NCBI GenBank assembly: GCA_036559825.1
Contig: DATBSK010000044.1
Coordinates: forward strand, 1 to 39,079
Length of the DNA: 39,079 nucleotides
From: Acidimicrobiia bacterium
GTDB taxonomy: Bacteria > Actinomycetota > Acidimicrobiia > IMCC26256 > PALSA-555
Direction: 5' to 3'
A program made the position numbers and the translations under genes. Within the stretch, counting starts at the first letter, position 1, and the number at the start of each line of letters is the position of its first letter. The notes under the pieces were generated by a model, which saw nothing but the letters and a program-made list of their open reading frames with translations, was not told the DNA's origin and did no database searches. Shown here piece after piece: positions 6,993 to 14,529 of the stretch.

Positions 6993-8164
6993 CGCCTCAG
7001 TAAGAGAGCGCTCGTCGGCACACCCTCGCCGCTCGTGACGAGGCAGCAGTCGGCGCTCTCGACCTGACAGGTCGAGGTCCCACGCATCTGGCGGACACCT
7101 TCGAGCACCAGGTTGAAGCCGTGCACGTAGGCCTCGGACATCCCGCCGCCGCTCGTGTTCGTCGGCAGCCGGCCCTCGGGCCACTCGAGCGCACCGTCCT
7201 CGGTGAACGCCCCGCCGTCACCGCGGTCGCAGAACCCGTAGCCCTCGAGCGACAGCGGCACGAGCGGGCTGAACGCGTCGTAGATCTGAGCGACCTGCAC
7301 GTCCGCGGGTGCGAACTCCGAACCGTGCCAGAGGCGCCTCGCGGCCGCCCACGACGGTCCGGCGAGCGGATCCTCGTTGAAGTAGTTGATCATCGTCTGG
7401 TGCTGCGGAGGGATGCCTTGCGCGCCCGTGTGCACGTAGACGGGTGGGTGGGGCAGATCCGGCGCGCGCTCGGCAGGGACGAGGACGATCGCGAGCGCGC
7501 CGTCCGTCTCGAGACAGTTGTCGAAGAGACACAGCGGCTCGGAGATCCAGCGCGCCTCCAGGTAGTGCTCGCGCGTCAGCGGCTTCTCGTACATCGTGGC
7601 CGCCGGATTCTGGTTGGCATGCTTGCGAAACGCGAGTGCGACGTTCGCGAGGTGGTCGCGGGTCGCGCCGAACTCGTGGATGTACCGGCGGGTCAGCATC
7701 GCGACCTCGTCGACGGGTCGCAGCAGTCCCCAGGGCCGGCTCCACTGCCAGTGGTCGCTCAGCCGCTGCGGGACCTGCGCCCAGGGCCGGCTCGACTTCG
7801 CGGCACGCTTTCGCGCTCGCCACGCCACGGCGACGGTGCACTGCCCGGTCGCGACTCCCATCGCGGCTTGGAGCACGACGCCGCACCCCGCGCCGCCCCC
7901 GTAGCCGACCTGTGAGAAGAACGTGATGTCGCCGAGGCCGACGTTGCGCGCCACGTCGACCTCGCGGTTCGGCTCCATCGTGAACGACGCCAGCCCGTCG
8001 ACCTCCGCAGGCGCGATGCCCGCGTCGTCGAGCGCGGCGGAGATCGCCTGGCATGCGAGCGAGAGCTCGGTGTCGGGCAGCCCCTTGCCGAACGCGGTCT
8101 GGCCGATGCCGACGATCGCGACGCGGTCGCGCAGCACCGAGTCCGTGCGCGGCATCGTCACCAC
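6989..8164 (-). CDS. Thiolase-like lipid-transfer protein (SCP-x/Ltp type, non-acetoacetyl-CoA thiolase)
   Basis: VAIVGIGQTAFGK...ELSLACQAISAALDDAGIAPAEVDG and C-terminal NTSGGGMSEAYVHGFN are typical of Ltp-type thiolases paired with DUF35. The start is ambiguous: GTG 8164, GTG 8161 or ATG 8155. Confidence 0.9.
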   Translation of the reverse strand: MVTMPRTDSVLRDRVAIVGIGQTAFGKGLPDTELSLACQAISAALDDAGIAPAEVDGLASFTMEPNREVDVARNVGLGDITFFSQVGYGGGAGCGVVLQAAMGVATGQCTVAVAWRARKRAAKSSRPWAQVPQRLSDHWQWSRPWGLLRPVDEVAMLTRRYIHEFGATRDHLANVALAFRKHANQNPAATMYEKPLTREHYLEARWISEPLCLFDNCLETDGALAIVLVPAERAPDLPHPPVYVHTGAQGIPPQHQTMINYFNEDPLAGPSWAAARRLWHGSEFAPADVQVAQIYDAFSPLVPLSLEGYGFCDRGDGGAFTEDGALEWPEGRLPTNTSGGGMSEAYVHGFNLVLEGVRQMRGTSTCQVESADCCLVTSGEGVPTSALLLRR

Positions 8165-8311
8165 CCCGCCTTCATGGCGTCGCTCGCTGCGGCCCGGGAT
8201 ACCCGGTCCGCAGCCGCTTGCTCCGCACCCACCCTCACCAACCCGCCTTCATGGCGTCGCTCGCTGCGGCCCGGGATACCCGGTCCGCGGCCGCTTGCTC
8301 CGCACCCACCC
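8158..8311 (-). repeat. 2 x 77-bp tandem repeat (family copies B1 8235-8311 and B2 8158-8234), MIRU-like
   Basis: Sense unit: GGGTGGGTGCGGAGCAAGCGGC[C/T]GCGGACCGGGTATCCCGGGCCGCAGCGAGCGACGCCATGAAGGCGGG[T/G]TGGTGA. The two units are 75/77 identical. Each carries the hairpin GCGGACCGGG-TAT-CCCGGGCCGC (10-bp stem, 1 mismatch) and a 26-codon ORF. Confidence 0.9.
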
Positions 8312-9154
8312 TCACCACCCCTTGAACTCCGTCGGGCGGCGCTCGAGGAAGCTCGCGACACCCTCCTTGGAGTCCTCGGTGGCCGCGACCAGCTCCACCA
8401 GCAGGGACTCCTCCTCGAACAGCGTCGCCCGGTCCACGTCGAGCGATCGGTTGAGCAGCCGCTTCGCGAAGCCGATCGTCTTCGTCGGGCCCTGGGCCAG
8501 GCGGCCGGCCCACTCGCTCGCGGTCGCGCGCAGCTCCGCGGCCGGCACGACCTTGTTCACGAGTCCGATCCGCTCCGCATCGGCTGCGGCGAGGTCGTCG
8601 CCGAAGAAGACGAGCTCCTTCGCCCGCTGCAGACCGACGAGGCGGGGGAGCAGGTACGTCGGCCCGCCGTCCGGGATGAGCCCACGTCGGACGAAGACCT
8701 GGATGATGCGCGCATGGTCGGCGGCCACGACGAGGTCGGACGCGAGCACCATCGCCGCACCGCCACCCGCCGCGGTGCCGTTCAGCGCGCACAGGATCGG
8801 CTTCTCGCAGTCGAGCATCGCCCCGATCAGGCGCTGGATGCCGGTCCGGATCATCCGTGCCGCCTCACCCGAGACGCGCTCGGGCGCTCCCTCGGGCTTG
8901 GGCGGCGGGGCCGCCCGGCCCGTCCGCAGGTCCGCGCCGGTGCAGAAGTGCTTCTCGCCCGCAGCGGTGAGCACCACGGCGCGCACGTCGAACGAGGTGT
9001 TCGCGTCGCTCAGGTGCTCGATGATCCGGTTGCGCACGGTGGGCGTGATCGCGTTCCCCGCGTCGGGTCGGTTGAGCGTCAGCCAGAGCACCTGCTCGCG
9101 CAGCTCCGCGAGCAGCTCCTGGTCGACGTCGACCTCGTTCACCGTGTCGGTCAC
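8312..9154 (-). CDS. Enoyl-CoA hydratase/isomerase (crotonase) family protein
   Basis: LWLTLNRPDAGNAIT...VVLTAAGEKHFCTGADL...NGTAAGGGAAMVLASD is the crotonase fold signature. Confidence 0.92.
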   Translation of the reverse strand: MTDTVNEVDVDQELLAELREQVLWLTLNRPDAGNAITPTVRNRIIEHLSDANTSFDVRAVVLTAAGEKHFCTGADLRTGRAAPPPKPEGAPERVSGEAARMIRTGIQRLIGAMLDCEKPILCALNGTAAGGGAAMVLASDLVVAADHARIIQVFVRRGLIPDGGPTYLLPRLVGLQRAKELVFFGDDLAAADAERIGLVNKVVPAAELRATASEWAGRLAQGPTKTIGFAKRLLNRSLDVDRATLFEEESLLVELVAATEDSKEGVASFLERRPTEFKGW

Positions 9155-9161
9155 GGGGTGC

Positions 9162-11357
9162 TCACTTCCTCACCACGAGGGCGTCCAGGGCGATCGCGCC
9201 GCGGGGGCGGACGATCAGCGGGTTGATGTCCAGCTCGGCGAGCTGGACGTCGAAGTCGGGGCACGCGAGATCGATCGCGAGCCGTTGCACGTTCATGATC
9301 GCGTCGACGAGAGCGTCCACGTCGGGCCGAGACGCCCCGCGCACGCCCTGCAGCAGCGCTCGCCCCGCGAGATCGTCGAGCATCCGGCGGGCCTCGGCGC
9401 GCCCGAACGGTGGAACGCGGAACGTGACGTCGCCGAGGGCCTCGACGAGCACGCCACCCAGGCCGGTCATCACGACGGGACCGAACAGCGGGTCCTGCGA
9501 CACGCCCACGACCGCCTCGACGCCGCCGTCGACCTGCTCGCACACGAGGATCCCCTCCACCCGACCGCGCGTGCCGGCGGCGCGCCGAGCGCGCGTCATG
9601 AGCTCTTCGAACACCGCCCGCACCTCGCTCGCACCGTGCACACCGACGTGCACGAGACCGAGCTCGGTCTTGTGTGCGAGCTCCGGTCCGCTGGCCTTCA
9701 TCACGACGGGCCGACCGCGGGTGCCGGCCATCGAGCGCGCCGCCCGCGCGGCTTGCGCGGCGCTCGTGCACAGCACGTCGCGCGTCGTCGTCACGCCGTA
9801 GGCGCGCAGCAGCTGCTTCGACTCGTGCTCTGAGAGCGCGGCTCCGGGCTCCGCTCCGGCGAGGATGCGCCGCGCCGCGGACGCTGCTCCGGACGGCCGC
9901 CGCGGTGCGCTCGGGAACGGCGAGCGGTAGCGGCGGGCGAACTGCCAGTAATCGACGTACGCGCGGACCGCGCCGACGCAGTTGCCGAAGGTGCGGAACA
10001 CGGGCAGGCCGCCGTCGAGGAGGCGCCGGTAGTACGTGTCGTCCGTGCCGGGAGGCGATCCCCACACCACGAAGATCGGCTTGGACGTCGTGCGCGCGAC
10101 GTCGATGAGATCACGGGTGAACGGGTCGCTGAACATCGCAACCGCACCGGTGATGGGCACGACGAGGACGTCGATGTTGGGGTCGCCGAGGACGGCGTCG
10201 AGGATCTTGCGGCCCCGCTCGTCGGCGACCGGCGGACCGCCGCAGTCGATCGGGTTCGACACCCGCAGGTACTGCGGGATGAGGCCGTCGTGCAGCGTGC
10301 GCTGGGTCGCCGCGGTCAAGGGCGGCATCCGCAGGCCCGCAGCGGCCACGAGATCTGCCATGTGCGCGCCGGTCCCTCCGGAGATCGCGTAGACCGCGAT
10401 GCCTGGCCCGCGGGTGCCCCAGCTCGGCGGTGACGCGGGGCGCGTGCGCGCCAGCGCGGCCGGGATCTCGAGGAGCTCGTCGAGCCCGTCGACGCGGGTG
10501 ATGCCGTACTGGCGGAACGCCGCCGAGACGACGCGGTCGGAACCGGCGAGGTGCCCGGTGTGCGCCTTCGCCATCGAGGCACCGGCGTCGGTGCGCCCGA
10601 CCTTCACGCAGACGATCGGCACGCGCCGGCGGGCCGCGTGATCGGCCGCGAGGAGCAGCGAGCGGCCGTCCGTGAACCCTTCGACGTAGGCCGCGATGAC
10701 GCCGACCTCGGGCTGGTCCGAGAAGTAGCGGACGAAGTCGGCGAACTCGAGATCCACCTCGTTGCCCGTGGGCGCCCAGTGCGACAGCCGGATCCCGAGC
10801 TCCTGACCCTGGAACACGGGTCGACCCTGGTGGCCGCTCTGGGTCACGAGGGCGATCGCCGGCCCGCCGAGGTCGGTGCGAAAGTCCTCGAACGCGTTGA
10901 GGTTCGTGTTCGGACCGAGCAACCGCGTGTCGCCGTCGCGTGCCAGCTGCCGCAGCCGTGCTTCGAGCGCCTCTCCCTGAGCGCCCGACTCGCCGAAGCC
11001 GGCGGCGAAGATGACCGCGAAGCGGGCCTTGCGTGCCACGACGTCGGCGAACGCCGGCACCGCGTCCCCGGTCAGGATGACCGCGAGGTCGATGTCGCCC
11101 GGCACGTCGTCGACGGACGCGACACAGGGGACGCCGAGCACCTCGGTGCGCGTCGGGTGCACCGGCGTGAAGGTCGCGCCGTGGGCGTCCGCCCAGTCCT
11201 TGATGCGCCTGGTCATCGTCGCGTTCGGCTTGCGCGGCGCGTCCGAGGCGCCGATGACGGCGACCGAGCGCGGATGCAGGAACACGTCGAGATCGACGTC
11301 GCGCAGCGCGAGCGGCCGGCCCGTCACGTCGGTGCCCACCGGTGCCGCGCGTCCCAC
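9162..11357 (-). CDS. ADP-forming (NDP-forming) acyl-CoA synthetase, fused alpha/beta (CoA-binding + ligase-CoA + ATP-grasp)
   Basis: FLHPRSVAVIGASDAPRKP (CoA-binding start), ...GPNTNLNAF..., C-terminal ATP-grasp EHESKQLLRAYGV...VVMKASGPELAHKTELGLV. GTG 11357 is the longest start. GTG 11327 is an alternative. Confidence 0.9.
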   Translation of the reverse strand: MGRAAPVGTDVTGRPLALRDVDLDVFLHPRSVAVIGASDAPRKPNATMTRRIKDWADAHGATFTPVHPTRTEVLGVPCVASVDDVPGDIDLAVILTGDAVPAFADVVARKARFAVIFAAGFGESGAQGEALEARLRQLARDGDTRLLGPNTNLNAFEDFRTDLGGPAIALVTQSGHQGRPVFQGQELGIRLSHWAPTGNEVDLEFADFVRYFSDQPEVGVIAAYVEGFTDGRSLLLAADHAARRRVPIVCVKVGRTDAGASMAKAHTGHLAGSDRVVSAAFRQYGITRVDGLDELLEIPAALARTRPASPPSWGTRGPGIAVYAISGGTGAHMADLVAAAGLRMPPLTAATQRTLHDGLIPQYLRVSNPIDCGGPPVADERGRKILDAVLGDPNIDVLVVPITGAVAMFSDPFTRDLIDVARTTSKPIFVVWGSPPGTDDTYYRRLLDGGLPVFRTFGNCVGAVRAYVDYWQFARRYRSPFPSAPRRPSGAASAARRILAGAEPGAALSEHESKQLLRAYGVTTTRDVLCTSAAQAARAARSMAGTRGRPVVMKASGPELAHKTELGLVHVGVHGASEVRAVFEELMTRARRAAGTRGRVEGILVCEQVDGGVEAVVGVSQDPLFGPVVMTGLGGVLVEALGDVTFRVPPFGRAEARRMLDDLAGRALLQGVRGASRPDVDALVDAIMNVQRLAIDLACPDFDVQLAELDINPLIVRPRGAIALDALVVRK

Positions 11358-11366
11358 GGAGGGAGG

Positions 11367-12665
11367 ATGACACGGGCGTCAGGCGCGAGGCGACTCACCG
11401 GGCCCCAGGTGCTCCGGGGTACCGTCGGCGACGTGTCACCCCGAGGTGCTGCGGGCCGTGATCGCGTCGTCGTCGTCGGCGCGTCGCTCGCGGGGCTGCG
11501 CACGGTCGAGGAGCTGCGCCGGCTCGGCTACGACGGCGACGTCGCCGTGGTGGGCGCCGAGCCCCATGAGCCCTACGACCGACCGCCGCTGTCGAAGGAG
11601 GTGCTCGCCGGTGACGCCGAGGCAGGCGACACGGCGTTGCGACGCCAGCCGCTCGACGAGCTCGGCGCGAGCTGGCACCTCGGCCGGAGAGCGGAAGCGC
11701 TCGATGTCGGCGACCGGGCGGTCACGCTCGACGACGGCACGGTCCTCGCCGGGACGCGGGGGGTCGTCGTCGCGACGGGCGCGGTGCCGAGACCGCTCCC
11801 GGGCACGCCCGAGCTCGCGGGCATCCACCTGCTGCGCACGATCGACGACTGCCTCGCCATCCGCGCCGATCTCGACGCGCGACCAGGTCGCGTCGTCGTG
11901 GTGGGCGCCGGGTTCATCGGCGCCGAGGTCGCGGCCACGTGCCGGCAACGCCATCTGGACGTCACCGTCCTCGAGGCGCTGCCGTCGCCGATGGTGCGCG
12001 GCCTCGGCCCGGTGCTCGGGGACGTGCTCGCCGCGCTGCACCGTGACCACGGCGTCGATCTGCGCACCGGGGTGGGCGTCGAGGGGTTCGACGGCGGGAC
12101 TCGGGTCGAGCGCGTCCGCCTCGCCGACGGCAGCAACGTGGACGCCGACGTCGTCGTCGTCGGGGTCGGCGTCGTCCCCGCGACCGACTGGCTGGTCGCC
12201 TCAGGTCTCGAGCTCGACAACGGCGTCTGCTGCGACGAGACCCTCGTCGCCGCGCCCGGTGTCGTCGCGGCGGGGGACGTCTGCCGCTGGCCGAACCCCT
12301 TGTTCGACGGTGAGCGCATGCGACTCGAGCACTGGACGAACGCCGCCGAGCAGGGTGTCGCCGCGGCCGCGCGGCTGCTCGCAGGCGACGGCGGAGCAAC
12401 GGCCTACGCGCCCGTGCCCTTCGTGTGGTCCGACCAGTACGACCTGAAGATCCAGGTCGTCGGCCACGTCCGCGGTGACGACGACGTCGCGGTCGTCGAC
12501 GGTTCGTTGGAGGAGCGTCGCTTCGTCGCGGCGATCGGCCGCGCGGGGCGCCTCGTCGGTGCCGTGGGCTTCGGCCGTCCGCGTGTCGTCATGCAATACC
12601 GGCGGATGATCGCGGAGCGCACGTCGTGGGACACCGCGCTCTCACACGCGGGCGTCGCGTCATGA
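11367..12665 (+). CDS. FAD/NAD(P)-dependent ferredoxin reductase-type oxidoreductase
   Basis: RVVVVGASLAGLRTVEELRRLGYDG (GxGxxG), PYDRPPLSK, second dinucleotide fold VVVVGAGFIGAEVAA, C-terminal reductase_C dimerisation segment. ATG 11367 has GGAGGGAGG upstream. GTG 11433 is an alternative that would give a more typical N-terminus. Confidence 0.85.
   Translation: MTRASGARRLTGPQVLRGTVGDVSPRGAAGRDRVVVVGASLAGLRTVEELRRLGYDGDVAVVGAEPHEPYDRPPLSKEVLAGDAEAGDTALRRQPLDELGASWHLGRRAEALDVGDRAVTLDDGTVLAGTRGVVVATGAVPRPLPGTPELAGIHLLRTIDDCLAIRADLDARPGRVVVVGAGFIGAEVAATCRQRHLDVTVLEALPSPMVRGLGPVLGDVLAALHRDHGVDLRTGVGVEGFDGGTRVERVRLADGSNVDADVVVVGVGVVPATDWLVASGLELDNGVCCDETLVAAPGVVAAGDVCRWPNPLFDGERMRLEHWTNAAEQGVAAAARLLAGDGGATAYAPVPFVWSDQYDLKIQVVGHVRGDDDVAVVDGSLEERRFVAAIGRAGRLVGAVGFGRPRVVMQYRRMIAERTSWDTALSHAGVAS
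11368..11381. promoter_or_regulatory. Degenerate copy of the TGACG-N4-CGTCA motif (TGACACGGGCGTCA)
   Basis: Lies in the divergent spacer between the acyl-CoA synthetase and ferredoxin reductase genes, overlapping the candidate ATG 11367. Only 4-bp arms are perfect. Confidence 0.2.
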
Positions 12666-13333
12666 GCCACAGCCTGGTGGAGGTCTCCGACGCCGGGGAC
12701 GACGGTGTCGGCGTCCTGGTCCTGAACCGGCCCGACAAGAAGAACGCGCTCTCGATCGCGCTCCGTGACGCGATGAGCGACGCGCTCGAGAGCCTCGCAA
12801 AGGACGAGCGTCTGCGCGCGCTCGTCGTGACCGGAGCCGGCGACACGTTCTGTGCGGGGTTCGATCTCGACGAGTTCGCTGAGCCTGCGATCGCCGACGA
12901 GCTGTGGGCCTCCAGCGATCGCTGGCACCGCACCGTGCTCGAGTTCCCCTTGCCGACGGTCGCCGCCGTGAACGGAGGCGCCTACGGAGGCGGTTTCGAC
13001 CTCTCGGTGATGTGCACGCTGCGCGTGGCGGCCGACACCGCGCGGTTCGCGCACCCCGAGCACGCGTTCAGCCAGGTCGTCTACGCGCCGCTGCACGACC
13101 TGGTCGGAGGCTCGATCGCCCGCGATCTCGTGTTGACCGGGCGCCGCATCGACGCCCCGGAGGCGCAGCGGCTGGGCCTGGTGAACCGGGTCGTGCCGGC
13201 TTCCGAAGTCGTCGACGCGGCACGCGCGGTCGCCGCCGAGATCGGGGTTGCCCCGCGCGACGTGCTGCTGCAGATGACCGCGAAGATCCACCGGAGAGCG
13301 GGCATCACCCCGGACGCGACGCTCGACCTGTGA
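12662..13333 (+). CDS. Enoyl-CoA hydratase/isomerase family protein
   Basis: VLVLNRPDKKNALS...LVVTGAGDTFCAGFDL...NGGAYGGGFDLS. The ATG overlaps the upstream TGA (ATGA). Confidence 0.9.
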   Translation: MSHSLVEVSDAGDDGVGVLVLNRPDKKNALSIALRDAMSDALESLAKDERLRALVVTGAGDTFCAGFDLDEFAEPAIADELWASSDRWHRTVLEFPLPTVAAVNGGAYGGGFDLSVMCTLRVAADTARFAHPEHAFSQVVYAPLHDLVGGSIARDLVLTGRRIDAPEAQRLGLVNRVVPASEVVDAARAVAAEIGVAPRDVLLQMTAKIHRRAGITPDATLDL

Positions 13334-14529
13334 CCGACGAGCGGCTGGTGACGCCGCGGTTCGTGCTCGTCGTCGGCTCCGGCCTCGCGTACTTCATGGC
13401 GCTCGGCACGGTGCTGCCGGTGGTGCCGCAGTACGTCGAGCACCAGCTCGGTGGCGGGGACGTGAGCGTGGGCATCGCCGTCGGATCGCTGTTCGTGGGT
13501 GCCGTCTTGCTCCGCCCGTACGTCGGGCGTCTCGGCGACCGCGTCGGCCGGCGCGTGCTGATGATCTTCGGTGCCGCGATCGTGGCGGTCTCGATCGCGC
13601 TGTACGGCGCGGTCGCGTCGCTCGGCTTCCTCGTCGGCGCGCGCGTCCTGACGGGTGTCGGCGAGGCTGCGTTCTTCGTCGGCGCGGCGACGATGATCAC
13701 GGATCTCGCGCCGCCTCACCGTCGCGGCGAGGCCATCAGCTACTGGTCGGTCGCCGTGTACGGCGGACTCGCGTTCGGCCCGGTCGTCGGCGAGGCCGTG
13801 CGCGACCAGGAGGGGTTCGGCACGGCATGGGTGGTGGCCGCGCTCTTCGGAGCGCTCGCCACGGCGCTCGCCGTGTGCACGCGTGAGGTGCCGCGAGCAG
13901 AGACCGGCGACGCAGGTGCGCACGGCGGCGTGATCAACCGTGCCGCGATCGGCCCCGGTTCCGTGCTCTTCTCGGGGCTCATCGCGCTCGCCGCGTTCAC
14001 CGCGTTCATCCCCCTGTACGTCGACGAGATCGGGCTGCACAACGCCGACGTCGTCTTCCTCGAGTACGGCGGCATCGTGCTCGCCGTGCGGATCTTCGGC
14101 GCGCGCCTCCCCGACACGCTGGGCGGCCGCACCGCCGGCGGAGCCGCGCTCGCCGCCAGCGCCGTCGGGATGACCGTCATGGCGACCTGGGGCACGACCG
14201 CGGGGCTGCTCGTCGGGACCGCGTGCTTCGCGGTCGGAGCATCGCTGCTCTACCCGGCGCTGCTCCTCCTCGCGTTGGGCGGCGCGCCCGAGAGCGAGCG
14301 GGGATCGGTCGTCGGGACGTTCAGCGGCTTCTTCGACCTGTCGCAAGGGCTCGGCTCGGTCGTCGTCGGCGTGATGGCCGCGGCGACGAGCTATCAGGGA
14401 GCCTTCGCGCTCGGGGCCTGCTGCTCGGCGGCCGGGTTCGCGGGCCTGCGGCTGCACGCGTCGCGGCGAGAGCGCCAGGCGCAGGTGGAGGAAGCAGGGG
14501 CGCTCGCGAGCGAGCACCCGGGGCCGTGA
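13330..14529 (+). CDS. MFS transporter
   Basis: About 12 hydrophobic helices. MFS loop motif LRPYVGRLGDRVGRRVLM. The GTG overlaps the upstream TGA (GTGA). Confidence 0.88.
   Translation: MTDERLVTPRFVLVVGSGLAYFMALGTVLPVVPQYVEHQLGGGDVSVGIAVGSLFVGAVLLRPYVGRLGDRVGRRVLMIFGAAIVAVSIALYGAVASLGFLVGARVLTGVGEAAFFVGAATMITDLAPPHRRGEAISYWSVAVYGGLAFGPVVGEAVRDQEGFGTAWVVAALFGALATALAVCTREVPRAETGDAGAHGGVINRAAIGPGSVLFSGLIALAAFTAFIPLYVDEIGLHNADVVFLEYGGIVLAVRIFGARLPDTLGGRTAGGAALAASAVGMTVMATWGTTAGLLVGTACFAVGASLLYPALLLLALGGAPESERGSVVGTFSGFFDLSQGLGSVVVGVMAAATSYQGAFALGACCSAAGFAGLRLHASRRERQAQVEEAGALASEHPGP

Noticed and set aside
8158-8314. Possibility that the 77-bp direct repeats are a small CRISPR array.
   Set aside because: The units are directly adjacent with no spacers, the period equals the repeat length, and no cas genes are nearby. 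This is a plain tandem repeat.
8053-9226. Plus-strand ORFs 8053..8325 and 8174..9226 (MASLAAARDTRSAAACSAPTLT...) reading through the tandem repeat.
   Set aside because: They are antisense to the operon and continue as Arg/Pro-rich shadow sequence across the crotonase gene. The sense-strand mini-ORFs with exact GTGA overlaps explain the open frames better.
7923-11373. Track ORFs 7923..9833 (+, 636 aa), 9151..10065 (-), 10111..11373 (-, 420 aa) and the first 800 nt of 10551..12665 (+).
   Set aside because: They are antisense or out of frame relative to the crotonase, thiolase and ADP-forming synthetase genes, which carry clear family motifs. The compositions are Arg/Ser/Pro-rich. Only the 3-prime part of 10551..12665 (from 11367 or 11433) is real, as the ferredoxin reductase.
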